Shown here: in pieces, positions 1-12,460 of the stretch
How positions within the stretch are numbered: the first letter of the stretch is position 1
Layout: each line of letters starts with the position of its first letter
NCBI RefSeq assembly: GCF_006345805.1
Contig: NC_043002.1
Coordinates: 73,594,001 to 73,658,000, forward strand
Reading direction: 5' to 3'
Source of the DNA: Octopus sinensis
Lineage: Eukaryota
DNA length: 64,000 nucleotides
Translations under genes and position numbers: made by a program
The notes under the pieces: model-generated
The model's input: the letters and a program-made list of their open reading frames with translations, nothing else
Told to the model about the DNA's origin: nothing
Database searches by the model: none

Positions 1-576
1 GGTTCCGACTGATAATAATAAAAATCAGAAAATGAAGATTTGTATAGTATTTATTAATTATTATTTTTGATGATTGACAACTTCTCGTAATATCTACTAA
101 AGTCATCATTTTTAGTGACTTATATGAACCCAGCTCTTGACTCGATCCAACGTTGCAGATTAAGTTCTAAAAATAGCAAGCAAATATTTCCTGTATCAGA
201 CTTTACCACCAAAGAAAAACAAAGGCATAGAATGTTCTAGGAGCAGTATATCTGGAAAAATAGAAACGAGCTTGTCGTAATTGTAATACCTTTCTATCGG
301 AGAGCTAATCTGGAGCTAAATAACAACCATTCTACACGGCACCCATCTTCTGACACAGCGATGGATGAGTCGTTTGCTATTCAGTACTATCTACAACAGC
401 TAATATCTTTATCCCGCCGTATACGTCAGCAATGCGTCGACACTCCAAATACATCGCATAACATATTTCTCGGATACGGAAATACAAACAATCCCTGACA
501 ACGATTAAACTGAAATATAGTCGGTCTTTTTCATAGCGCGCCAAAAGGAAAAGCTTTACACCATCTATGTATTCAG

Positions 577-662
577 GACGTCTTTTGCAGGAGCCGAATT
601 TGTTTTATGCACAGCAACCGTTCACGACCACAATGCCTGATACACCCTGAATTTCTTTCAAG
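577..662 (+). CDS. Candidate internal exon of unidentified tandem gene family (copy B at 5256-5341)
   Basis: TATTCAG acceptor and AAG|GTACTT donor, both kept in the two copies. Reading frame unresolved. Confidence 0.3.
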
Positions 663-689
663 GTACTTATCAAACTATTGTTTGTTCCT

Positions 690-980
690 TCTCGAGCCAT
701 GCCAGGCTCATAAGGGCCGGTTTCCTGGTTTCCTTGGCGTATAGGTTCCCTACCTGGACAGGACGCTGGTCCGTCACAGGTGAGCTGTACGATGCAGGAG
801 GAAAGAGTGAGAGAAAGTTGTGGCGAAAGAGTCAGCAGAAGTTCGTCATTCCCTCCTGCAGGAGCCGCATGGAGCTTAGGTGTTTTCGCTCATAAACACA
901 CATATCGCCCGGTCTGAGATTCGAACCCGAAATCCATCGACCGCGAATCCACTGCTCTAACCACTAGGCCATGTGCCTCC
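690..980 (-). mobile_element. tRNA-headed SINE (copy in unit B at ~5372-5640)
   Basis: The reverse strand reads GGAGGCACATGGCCTAGTGGTTAGAGC...GGTTCGAATCTC, i.e. pol III A- and B-box-like motifs. Confidence 0.65.
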
Positions 981-1114
981 ACTTACCAAACTATACACAC
1001 ATATCGCTAGAATATTTCTGCAACACTACGCAATGAGTATAACAACTTCTACGCTCTCGTATTGAGAAAACTTATTGACACAACTAACAAGGCTCTATAC
1101 TGCATTATATTCAG

Positions 1115-1156
1115 ATTTATTTGAATATGGACATGTCTACAGTTTCGCGCTTACAA
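1115..1156 (+). CDS. Candidate 42-nt exon of unidentified gene family (copy B at 5774-5815)
   Basis: TATATTCAG acceptor and a weak CAA|GTAGTT donor. Open in two frames (IYLNMDMSTVSRLQ or DLFEYGHVYSFALT). Confidence 0.25.
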
Positions 1157-1619
1157 GTAGTTCATATTTTCTCTCTTGATATCTAAGATCCATGCTTTGC
1201 ATCACATCTACCTTTCAATGCACACTTTTTCGTGTACTCTTTGAAAAATACATAAAGTTCTCACTTCATTTTCTGCTGGCCAACATTAAGTTCTCGTTTC
1301 AACGGGAGGATGGAGAGTGTAACGTGAAAATTTTGCCGAGATTCGAACGGCTCGTCTTTCATTTTGTTTATGCTGGATCTCCTCTTGTTTCCCTCTTGTT
1401 CTCATTTCCACCACCACCACCACCGATAGTATGGTGTTTATACTATCGGTCATTTTTAACCTAACTGCTACGTTATGGGGACGAAAACAAACCAACATCG
1501 GTTGTAATCGGCGGCGCATAGTAACAAGTTGTCAGAAAGACACAAATGCGTCGTGTGTGTGTGTGGGTCTGTGTGTGCGTGGGTGAGGGTGTGTGTGTGT
1601 GTGTGTGTGTGTGCGTGTG

Positions 1620-1935
1620 TGTGCAAATTGACCCCGGGACTTATTCTTATCGGTTACTTTTACCGAACCGCTAAGTTACGGGGACGTAAACACACCAGCA
1701 TCGGTTGCCAAGCGATCTTGGGGGACAAACAGACACACAAACACACACACACACACACACAACACACACACATATATATATACATACATATATACCACGG
1801 GCTTCTTTTCAGTTTCCGTCTAAATCCACTCACAAGGCTTTGGTCGGTCCGAGGCTATAGCATAAGACACTTGCCCAAGGTGCCACACAGTGGGACTGAA
1901 CCCGGAACCATGTGGTTAGTAAGCAAACTACTTAC
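1620..1935 (-). mobile_element. Octopus-type tRNA-derived SINE with internal (CA)/(TA) tract (related copies ~42470-42670, ~52150-52540, ~61685-62045)
   Basis: Shared GTGGCTGTGTGG / GGTTCAGTCCC head and TTTACGTCCCCGTAACTTAGCGGTTCGG core across copies. Confidence 0.7.
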
Positions 1936-2995
1936 CACACAGCCACTCCTGAGCCTACACAGTGGCAAAATATCGCTTTATAAGAGTGTGACAGTGTGTG
2001 TGTGCGTGTACGCGTGCGTGTATTTGCGTGCGTGTGCGTGTGTAGTGTGTGCGCATGCGTGCGTGCGTGTGTATATGCATGGGTGTGCGTGTGTGTGTGT
2101 TCGTGCGTGTGCGTGTGTGTGTGTGTGCGTGTGTGTATGTGTGTGTGTGTTTTTGTGCATGCTCATAAATACATATACGTATGCGCGCAGAGATTAGTTC
2201 GTTCGGTTATACACACTTGCACATTGGAAGTTGTCGAAAGAAATTGTTTTGATTTTAATATTTAGCTCGGAAGAAGAACCAAATGACGGAGGACTAGAAG
2301 ATTCGTTAGAGCTTGAAGGTATGCAATATGAAATATAATTGCTCACTGTTGCATACTTCCAAATGTGAAGGTGCATGGCATAGCTTTTAAGGGGCTGCGC
2401 TAACGATCGCAAGGTCATGGTTTCGCTTCCCAGACCGGACAATGTGTTGTGTTCTTGAGCAAAAAACTTCATTTCACGTTGCTCCAGCCCACTCAGCTCT
2501 AAATACGAAACCCCTGAAACGAACCGGCGTCCCATTCAGGAGGGCAGGATGTGATCTCGGTCTTTTATACGCCATGAAAACCTGGCAGATAGCCCCAAGA
2601 TTCCTAGGATTCGAGGCGTTAAAGTCCAGGGATTGCTGAAGACTGGCGATGATGATACGAACAAGGAGGGATCACTTGACTCAATCGACTCCATTCTGTA
2701 CTGACTCTATGGATTCCCCCACTCCAGGAATATGAAAAAAAAACTTGACTTTGGTAATATTTGAACCGGAAACATATAACGACGCTCTTAAATACCAATC
2801 GGCATAATGGGATATCTGTCGCTCTAATTTTTTTTCTGCACATGGAAGTTTTAGCGCGTGATCGTTTTAGCACGAGAACTGGAAGGTTCCTGAAAAGTCA
2901 CTCCATTTTCCATGTATGCGTTCTCACTACGGTTTGTTGTCTGACGGACAGGTCTGTTTTTTTGCCAATTGTCGAACGACTGCCATTTCTTGCAG

Positions 2996-3019
2996 ACAGG
3001 TGTCCAGTACTGAGGAAGG
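2996..3019 (+). CDS. Candidate 24-nt micro-exon (copy B at 8870-8893)
   Basis: TTTCTTGCAG acceptor and strong AAGG|GTAAGA donor. The two differences between copies are both synonymous in the RCPVLRK frame. Confidence 0.25.
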
Positions 3020-3875
3020 GTAAGACCCTGAAACCTGTTCTGGTCTACAGGTCACCGCTGGATGTGTGGTGGTCAGGAGAGTGGTTTCGCTTCCTTGCTC
3101 GCAATATATCGGACGCGGGTTTTGTGTCGTTAACCAGCTGAAGGAGGCGTCCTCCTGGGGTTAAAAAAGAGTAGTAACATAGTTCCATACATAAGAGCCA
3201 TGTTGAAGTGGCAAAAAGCATTACTTTTCAGTAGAGTTACTTCTTGCACCTCTTGTAGATATTTTAGAACAAAATGCTTTGCTTGTTATGTTTTGCTTGT
3301 TATGTCTTGCTTGTTATAATACATATAACGCTTATCCGAGTAAAACCAGTTACGGGTTCTTTTCTTCTTTGCTGAAATCTAGCGGGTTATATTTTATTAG
3401 TCTAGTACTCGTGGTCCAAATTACAGTTACAGCTGTTTCTAATATAAGCACGTAGCTGGTAATTTTGAACAGAGTTCTATCATCGATTTTATCGGTCCCT
3501 GTGCCTGATTGGTATTTAATTTCGTCGACTCCGAAAAGCTAATAGGTAAAGTTAATCTAAGCGAAATTTAAACTCAGAACGTAAAGAACCCGAACAAATT
3601 TTGCAAGGAAGTATTTGTCCGCACTATAATGATTTTGCAAATCTACCGCCCCATTGGTAATATCGGTAGCATATTTTTGCACAAAGCCAGCAATTTTGTG
3701 GGAGGGCACAAGTCGACTACATCGACAAGCTAGTGCTGAACGAGTTCTTAGTTTATCGACCACGAAAAGATGAAAGGCAAAATCGACCTCGGTGAATTTG
3801 AACTCATAACATTAAGGCGAACGAAATACCTATACGCATTTTGCTCGGCGTGTAAACGATTCTGTCAGCCCGTCG

Positions 3876-3931
<56 letters not shown>

Positions 3932-4202
3932 TCAATAATAATAAGAATAGTAATAATAATAATAGTAATAATAATATTTAAATGTATATTTTAAATACAT
4001 ATGTTACTTGTGAATTTGCGTGTGTAATCTGGGAATGCATACAATGAGTTTCTCTGCCCTAGGTGTACGGAAAACACCCGGCAAGAAACGGAAGAAAATT
4101 TGAAGAAAGAAGGAAATAATAATAATAATAATAATATTAATAACAATATTAATAATAACAACAACAACAACAAGTATTACTCTCGGATTCAATTGCTTTC
4201 AG

Positions 4203-4388
4203 ATGTACAAGCTGCAGATTGCCGCATACAGGAGTAGTAAAAGACTAATGCTTCTTCAAAAGACAAGAACTGGAATTGGAGGATGGATCTATATACGAAA
4301 ATTTGTCCCACGTCGAGCTGTAATTGCCAGACTCACAGAAAGATCTCTAAATGCGGCTCTTCAACACGCTGAAACATTTTTCGACTGA
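4203..4388 (+). CDS. Terminal coding exon (61 aa) of unidentified gene family, copy A
   Basis: ATTCAATTGCTTTCAG acceptor, phase-0 ORF to TGA, AATAAA at 4533-4538. It aligns without gaps, 26/61 identical, to the exons at 12461 and 16283. Confidence 0.7.
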   Translation: MYKLQIAAYRSSKRLMLLQKTRTGIGGWIYIRKFVPRRAVIARLTERSLNAALQHAETFFD

Positions 4389-6594
4389 AAATTTCAATTT
4401 TTGTAAAAAGGAAAAGGAAATCAAAGCTGGAGAATTTGTTTTAATTATATTTACCTTTATTTTCTCTTCATGCATCATTTTTATGACCCATTTGCAGAAT
4501 TTGTATTTTTATGAATTACCTACAGAATTCCTAATAAATTTATTGACTGACAAATATTAACAGCCTTAACACCAACAAGAACAACAACGGTGACAACGGC
4601 AACAACAACAACAACAAAGATAACAAGAGAAGATATTGTAATGTATTACATGAATTCTTTGGTCTTTTATTTAGTCTGGGGTTCCGACTGATAATAATAA
4701 AAATCAGAAAATGAAGATTTGTATAGTATTTATTAATTATTATTTTTGATGATTGACAACTTCTCGTAATATCTACTGAAGTCATCATTTTTAGTGACTT
4801 ATATGAACCCAGCTCTTGACTCGATCCAACGTTGCAGATTAAGTTCTAAAAATAGCAAGCAAATATTTCCTGTATCAGACTTTACCACCAAAGAAAAACA
4901 AATGCATAGAATGTTCTAGGAGCAGTATATCTGGAAAAATAGAAACGAGCTTGTCGTAATTGTAATACCTTTATATCGGAGAGCTAATCTGGAGCTAAAT
5001 AACAACCATTCTACACGGCACCCATCTTCTGACACAGCGATGGATGAGTCGTTTCCTATTCAGTACTATCTACAACAGCTAATATCTTTATCCCGCCGTA
5101 TACGTCAGCAATGCATCGACACTCCAAATACATCACATAATATATTTCTCGGATACGGAAATACGAACAATCCCTGACAACGATTAAACTGAAATATAGT
5201 CGGTCTTTTTTATGGCGCGGCAAAAGGAAAAGCTTTTCACCATCTATGTATTCAGGACGTCTTTTGCAGGAGCCGAATTTGTTTTATGCACAGCAACCGT
5301 TCACGACCACAATGCTTGATACACCCTGCAATTCTTTCAAGGTACTTACTAAACTATTGTTTGTTCCTTCTCCAGCGCTCATAAGGACCGGTTTCCCGGT
5401 TTCCTTGGCGTATAGGTTCCCCACCTTGACAGGACGCCGGTCCGTCACAGGTGAGCTGCATGATGCAGGAGGAAAGAGTGAGAGAAAGTTGTGGCGAAAG
5501 AGTCAGCAGGAGTTCGCCATTACCTTCTGCGTGGAGCTTGGGTGTTTTCGCTCGTAAACACACATCGCCCGATCTGAGATTCGAACCCGCGGTCCATCGA
5601 CCGCGAATCCACTGCTCTAACCACTAGGCCATGTGCCTCCACTTACCAAACTATACACACATATCGCTAGAATATTCCTGCAACACTACGCAATGAGAAT
5701 AACAACTTCTCTGCTCCCGTACTGAGAAACTTATTGACACAACTAACAAGGCTCTATACTGCATTATATTCAGATTTATTTGAATATGGACATGTATACA
5801 GTTTCACGCTTACAAGTAGTTCATATTTTCTCTCTTGATATCTAAGATCCATGCTTTGCATCACATCTACCTTTCAATGCACACTTTTCGTGTACTCTTT
5901 GAAAAATACATAAAGTTCTCACTTCATTTTCTGCTGGCCAACATTAAGTTCTCGTTTCAACGGGAGGATGGAGAGTGTAACGTGAAAATTTTGCCGAGAT
6001 TCGAACGGCTCGTCTTTCATTTTGTTTATGCTGGATCTCCTCTTGTTTCCCTCTTGTTCTCATTTCCACTACCACCACCTTGTTTCCCTCTTGTTTTCAT
6101 TTATACCACTACCACCCCTTAAGTATGGTGTTTTTACTATCGGTCATTTTTAACATAACTGCTACGTTATGAGGACGAAAACAAACCAAAATCGGTTGTC
6201 AATCATTGGCGCATAGTAACAAGCTGTAAGAAACGCACATGTGTGTGGTGTGTGTGTGTGTGTGTGTGTGTGTGCGTACGCGTGTGTGTGTGCGCGCGTA
6301 GGGATTACCGTCAATCAAATTCCCTGCTCGCAAGGTATTAGTCGGCCGTGGCTATTGTAAGAGACAATTTGTCGAAGGTACTCCGTAGTGAGACTTGAAA
6401 CCACGTGCTTTTTAACCATACAACCATGCTATAGATGTTACCGTGATAAATATTTTTACATACAACCGTATCTCTGGTTTATATCAGTCCACCTTGCGTT
6501 GCATCAAGAAAAACCTCCATTTGTGAGTTCAGATCCTGTCAGGGTTAATACTTGTTGTCACAGGGTTTCATCAAATAGGATTAATTTGTCGGTG

Positions 6595-6665
6595 GGCAGT
6601 TTAGCATAATGGTATAGCACTTGGGTGGAGTCTTCAAGAGATGTGGGATCGAGTCCCACGACTAT
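6595..6665 (+). mobile_element. Degenerate tRNA-like SINE head
   Basis: TAGCATAATGG A-box and T-arm GTGGG-ATCGAGT-CCCAC. Acceptor and anticodon stems are broken. Confidence 0.45.
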
Positions 6666-7367
6666 TTACTGACAAATTTTTTCCATTTTGTAAGGGTAAT
6701 TCACCCAGTGTTTCTGCGGATCTAACGGCGTCTCGGCGTTCGAAATTAATTATCCTCTTATTTGTAACTTATAACACGCATTTCGGTACATATTAAAAAG
6801 AACAAATGTTAGTTTATATATATATATATATATATATAAATATACATATTAGAGGGAAACCACTATGTGGACACCCTTATGCTAGAAATAGATCCGCTAT
6901 GGTCTTACCACTAAGAAATGTTCTCAACAAAAATTTAGCAAAACAACCAAAACGTAATCGAGTAAGACAAAAGAAAAAGCAATAAAAATATGGATTATTC
7001 GCATACATGTTTCACTATTACCATATTACGTAAGTTTACTTACATACATATCCGTAGATCATCGGTGTGACAGTCCAGATGAATATAATTTGCAGGACTG
7101 CATACTCGGAGTCCGCACAAAGTCAGACTTGTAAAACAGTCCTACCCATTACACTCGTGGCTACTATTTCAAATGTCCTCGCTTTGGCGCGCTAAATTAC
7201 CGGAAAAACTGATGCTGCAAGATAATACTTTACTGCAGCGGCCTTTGCCGGTTAGAGAACGTATTAATTTAAATTTAAAAAGAGGGTGAGAGATTAGATA
7301 TTAATTTAATTATATATATGTGTGTGTGTATGTGTGTGTGTGTGTGTTTTAGTTTATTTATATATTA

Positions 7368-7884
7368 TCTATATATATAAAACTGTAGTTGTGTGAGTGT
7401 TTGTCCCCTTCGATTTAGATTCCTAACTACTCCCACATTTTGCGGTGCAGTTTAACCAAAACCGGGTATCTTATAGTCGTGATTAATATCGAGCCCGTCT
7501 GGCTATTAGCGTGCGTCTACGATGAGTCTACGAATTTAAAAATAATTTAACATCATTTTTTATTCCATTTTAATGCATAATTTTTCGTGTGTCGATGGCG
7601 GCGGAGTTGGCATCCACGCTCAAACACCTGCACCTGTGTTTGCTTCTCCCCCTTCTTCCCTCCCTCGTGAAGCTGTGGAGAAGGGAGTTTAAGGAAATCA
7701 ACGTCGTAATGCGTTGTCAAGGAGACCAGCGTTCTTTTAGAACAACGACTTCATGGCTTGAAGACACCAAAACAGAAATGGCTAAGAAAGCCCGAATTGG
7801 CATCTATAAGGGAAGTAACTCTCTAAAAATGCTTATATAGTTATTTCCCTTACAAACCCGAGCAACGCCGGGCGATACTGCTAG
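7368..7884 (+). mobile_element. Non-autonomous Helitron
   Basis: 5' TC, subterminal hairpin CCCG-AGCAACGC-CGGG (7857-7872), 3' CTAG, inserted between host A (7367) and T (7885). These are the canonical Helitron hallmarks. Confidence 0.75.
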
Positions 7885-8966
7885 TATATTATATAACTCT
7901 TATATTAAATCCGTTCTGTCTATCTCTGTGTGTGTGGCTTCTAGGATCTCGGACATCCTCCATCCGATTGCGCTTAAATTTGATATGCAGATACCGATGG
8001 TATCGGGGCGTATATAAGTCTGGAAAAAATTACAAAACTCGATTCCAGGTGAGAATGCGATCGATAAAGCTGTGGGAAATCGTTTTTCTTTGGAACAGAA
8101 AAAAGTCTATCTTTATTTCTTCTTTTACTGGTGTCTCAAATTTAGGTTAAATCAGTGTTTCTCAAAGGGGAGACCTATGGGACGGCCGGACAAGCTTAGG
8201 CGTTTTGCTCGTATATATATGATTGGCATAACTTTTAAGGTACTGCGCTAACGAAACGTGAGGTCATAGTTTCGCTTCCCAGACCAGGCAATGCGTTGTG
8301 TTCTTCAGCAAAATACTTCATTTCACGTTACTCCAGCCCACTCAGCTCTAAATAAGTAACCCCTGTAACGAACCAACATCCCATTCAGGGGGGCGGGATG
8401 TGATCTCGGTCTTTTATACGCCATGAAAACCTGGCAGGTAGCCCCAAGACTCCTTGGATTCGAGGCGTTAAACCCCAGGGGTTGCTGATGACTGGCAATG
8501 ATGATACGTGACAAGGAGGGATCACTTGACTCAATCGACTCCATTCTGTACTGAATATGAAAAATAAACTTGACTTTGGTAATATTTGAATCGGAAACAT
8601 ATAACGACGCTCTTAAATACCAATCGGCATAATTGAATGTCTGTCGCACTAATTTTTTTTTTTTTTGTACATGGAAGTTTTAGCGCGTGATCGTTTTAGC
8701 ACGTGAATGCTTTAGCACGTGAATGCTTTAGCACGAGAACGGGGCGTTCAAACGGGAAAGTTCCTGAAAAGTCACTCCATTTTCCATGTATGCGTTCTCA
8801 CTACAGTTTGTTGTCTGGCGGACAGGTTTGCTTTTTTGCCAATTGTCGAACGACTACCATCTCTAGCAGACAGATGTCCAGTATTGAGGAAGGGTAAGAC
8901 CCTGAAACCTGTTCTGGTCTACTGGTCACCGCTGGATGTGTGAATATAATAATAATAATAATAATA

Positions 8967-9001
<35 letters not shown>

Positions 9002-9030
9002 GCATTGCTCTCGGATTCAATTGCTTTCAG

Positions 9031-9074
9031 ATGTACCAGCGGCAGATTGCCGCATACAGGAGTAGTAAAAGACT
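9031..9074 (+). pseudogene. Truncated copy (B) of the terminal exon
   Basis: Same acceptor as copy A. It encodes MYQRQIAAYRSSKR and then breaks into a SINE head. Confidence 0.65.
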
Positions 9075-9111
9075 TTTTACTCGGCGTGTAAACGATTCTG
9101 CCGGCCCGTTG

Positions 9112-9142
<31 letters not shown>

Positions 9143-9374
9143 TGCGGGTAAAATGTATCCCAGTAGTTATAATTGCATTTGGAACTATCCCTAAGGATCA
9201 GAACAGATGGATAGAGGAAATAGGCATAAAACCTAGTTTAGTACAGCTCCAGAAAACAGTGCTATTAGAGACAGCTAGGATACTTAAGAGGGTTCTTGGT
9301 ATCTAAGGTTACTTATTATAGCCTGATGTTAGTATTTTTTCTTTTCCAACAGTCTACTCTGTTGTGTGTATACG
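9143..9374 (+). mobile_element. 3' fragment of a divergent R4/Dong-like non-LTR retrotransposon between (AAT)n tracts
   Basis: 9151-9306 encodes KCIPVVIIAFGTIPK...LQKTVLLETARILKRVLGI*, homologous to the C-terminus of the larger elements at 14.2 and 20 kb. Confidence 0.7.
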
Positions 9375-9567
9375 AATAATAATAATCCTTTCTACTGGAG
9401 GCAAAAGGCCACAAATTTGTGGAGAGTGGTGGAGGGGCAGTCGATTACATCGACTCCAGTATTTCACTGGTACTTAATTTCTTGACTCCGAAAGGATGAA
9501 AGGCAAAATCAGCGGGATTTGAAATCAGAGCGTAGCGACTGGCGAAATACCGCACTAATGATTCTGC

Positions 9568-9617
<50 letters not shown>

Positions 9618-9889
9618 TGGCGGCGAGATGGCAGAATCGTTAACACGCTGGACGGAATGCTTAGCGGTATTTCGTCTGCCGCTACGTTCTGAGTTCAAAT
9701 TCCGTCGAGGTTGACTTTGCCTTTCATCCTTTCGGGGTCGATTAAATAAGTACCAGTTACGCACTGGGGTCGATGTAATCGACTTAATCTGTTTGTCTGT
9801 CCTTGTTTGTCCCCTCTGTGTTTAGCCCCTTGTGGGTAGTAAAGAAATAGGTATTTCGCCCGTCGCTCCGTTCTGAGTTCAATCAGAAT

Positions 9890-11110
9890 CGCTCCGATCA
9901 TCCACATCATCTTATTCGGTCAAATCCGAAATCCCAGTTTTTGAGGATAAAACGGATTTGTACTGACATAGGGGATTACTGGAAACATGCTAATGCTTTT
10001 GTATGTCATTATGTCAAACGCGGTTACAGTGAATCACGATTAAAGGAAATAGCAAATGAAATAGCTAAGATTAGCAAAGATAGTCAAACCTTTACGCATA
10101 ATTTTAGCAAACATAATACAATAGATGGCAGAATTCCTTTAGTGATTAACTGGCGCCGATATTTCGCTGGCATTTCAAAAGTGTTGCATGAAAGTTACCA
10201 GCATGTGGCGAAAAAATATCCTCGCTTCAAACAGATATTTCCTCAGCCGCCTATTGTAGCTTTTAGACGGAATAAGAATATAAGAGAATTATTGACCTCT
10301 ATATCTGACATTGGAAAACGAACATTGGAGTATCTACATGCTGTACCTTAAAGAACAGCCGCAAGAGAGGTAAGTCCTGTTCATTGTGCAACAACATGAG
10401 TGAAGTGAATTCCATCAGAAATCATAACAGAAATGTTATGAATTCCACAGAAGGTGGAACATGTAAAGATACCCATTTTGAGTACGCTGCAGAATGCACG
10501 AAACACAACTTAATTTATGTTGGTTGCACAGCAGAACAATTTAAAAAAAGGTTTAATGGGCACAGATTCGACGTCAGGCACAATAACAGTAGTTCGACAG
10601 AACTTGCTGAACATTTCGTTTCAAGCGGCTGCAGTTTTGAAGAAGACTTGAATATTCTGAATCTGCATCGCTTTCACTTCTCAGAATGTATGAGAAGAAA
10701 TATGTTTGCCGATTATTAACATCACGCCCTGGAGGAATGAATGAGATGACAGGAGAATATCATCAAATTTATACAAAACTGTTTGATTCTTCTTCCTCTC
10801 TTTTTCTTTCTTTTTTTTTTTTTGTCGTCTGTCTTTTTCTGGGGGGTTTTTTCTGTCTTTTTCTTCTCGCCTGTTATAAAATTGAAGCTTAAAAACTCAT
10901 GATTTCATTCCATCAACGCATGGACACTGGTTGCTCTCGTTCATACATTACGTTTAAATTTCTGTAATTTTGAATTTTGAATTTTTATCACTTCTTATTT
11001 TGAACTTGACAAAGACAGACATACTGTTGAAATATCGTTCAACAAATAAAATATCTTACAATCGAATCACGCTCTTCGTCTTGACTGTTTACCTCTGTGA
11101 AGAGTTACGT
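9890..11110 (+). mobile_element. Penelope-like element remnant (RT C-terminal region plus GIY-YIG endonuclease)
   Basis: ORFs 9941-10351 (PPIVAFRRNKNIRELL) and 10384-10719 (C..C...LIYVGCT..FKKRFNGH) match the PLE GIY-YIG pattern. A hammerhead motif lies at the 3' end. Confidence 0.85.
11000..11042 (+). ncRNA. Minimal type I hammerhead ribozyme motif (slightly degenerate) in PLE 3' end
   Basis: TTGAAC / TTGACAA-A / GACAG-ACATA-CTGTT / GAAA-TA-TC / GTTCAA: perfect stem I, U3-A8 core variant, palindromic ATAT stem III. Confidence 0.6.
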
Positions 11111-11125
11111 CAATCCTTTTTTAAA

Positions 11126-11213
<88 letters not shown>

Positions 11214-11214
<1 letters not shown>

Positions 11215-11768
11215 GCCCTGATGCAGTACCAGGCAGTGGCTCTCATGGCTTCTGATCTTAACTGATTGGAAGTGTTATCATGTACATTGTTTTGTCTTGG
11301 TATAAAAGATGGGCTACAGCAAATATTCTGCTCAATACCACAGATTTGCTTGTCAGTTGTTTGACCTTAACCAGTTGAGCATGTCTCTTAGTGGCTGACG
11401 ATATGTGCATCTCTGATCACGAGCAGAAGTAGTGGGGGAGCATCATAGCCATGTGTTGAGATGGATTCTTTGGGGTTTGAATAATTCACCTCTGGAAACA
11501 TGGGTGGTTCTTTCAACATCCTTAAACAACCCTTATTCAGGGACCGTTTGAGCGGGATGGGCTACTCAACCTGAAGAAAATTCTAATTGGGCCCTACCTG
11601 CAAGGTCATGTGCTGTTTATCTTGATATGAGATCACCATGTCGCGCACATATGGTTGTGATGCATGTGCCTGGTGTACCCTTATCAGACGGGTAGTCATG
11701 ATGGGTATATTGGGCTTCGTATATTTTATCCCAATGTCACTTTGATGGCATGAACTGCTCTCTCACTC
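11214..11768 (+). mobile_element. ~555-bp AAT-embedded interspersed element, copy 1
   Basis: Begins TGCCCTGATGCAGTACCAGG, ends CTCTCTCACTC, with (AAT)n on both sides. Confidence 0.85.
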
Positions 11769-11810
<42 letters not shown>

Positions 11811-11812
<2 letters not shown>

Positions 11813-12364
11813 CCCTGATGCAGTACCAGGCAGTGGCTGTCTTGGCTTCTGATCTTAACTGATTGGAAGTGTTATCATGTACATTGTTTTGTCTTGGTAT
11901 AAAAGATGGGCTACAGCAAATATTCTGCTCAATACCACAGATTTGCTTGTCAGTTGTTTGACCTTAACCAGTTGAGCATGTCCCTTAGTGGTTGACGATA
12001 TGTGCATCTCTGATCACGAGCAGAAGTAGTGGGGTAGCATCATAGCCATGTGCTGAGAAGAATTCTTTGGGGTTTGGATAATTCACCTTTGGAAACATGG
12101 GCGTTTCAGTCAACATCCTTAAACAACTCTTATTCAGGAATCTTTTAAGCAGGATGGGCTACTCGAGTGAAGAGAATTCTAACTGGGCTCCACCCGCAGG
12201 TCATGCGCTGTTTATCTTGATATGAGATCATCATGTCGCGCAGATATAGTTGTGATGCATGTGCCTGGTGTACCCTTATCAGACGGGTAGTCATGATGGG
12301 TATACTGGGCTTCGTATATTTGCACCCCAGTGTCACTTTGATGGCTTACACTGCTCTCTCACTC
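11811..12364 (+). mobile_element. ~555-bp AAT-embedded element, copy 2
   Basis: Same termini and AAT flanks as copy 1. Confidence 0.85.
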
Positions 12365-12427
<63 letters not shown>

Positions 12428-12460
12428 CAGCAGTGATTTTTTTAATTCAATTGATTTCAG

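Larger units (their letters stand above)
1..4679 (+). repeat. Tandem segmental duplication unit A (~4.68 kb)
   Basis: Positions 1-~1550 recur at 4680-~6240 (offset exactly 4679 over the first ~700 bp). 2370-3070 recurs at ~8220-8940. Confidence 0.9.
4680..9120 (+). repeat. Tandem segmental duplication unit B (with unit-specific insertions and a truncated last exon)
   Basis: Direct repeat of unit A beginning GGTTCCGACTGATAATAATAAAAATCAG. It carries extra inserts at ~6.3-8.2 kb. Confidence 0.88.

Noticed and set aside
1529-2265. Long ORFs rich in VC/HT repeats (also ~26290, ~30717)
   Set aside because: They are translations of (GT)n/(CA)n microsatellites and SINE sequence.
4505-4555. ATGA-N11-AA motif (ATGAATTACCTACAGAA) in the conserved 3' flank as a possible SECIS
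   Set aside because: The downstream sequence cannot pair with the 11-nt arm in copy A or copy C, so no SECIS stem forms.
6595-6665. Possible tRNA gene
   Set aside because: Only the boxes and T-arm are intact; acceptor and anticodon stems do not pair, so it is treated as a SINE head.
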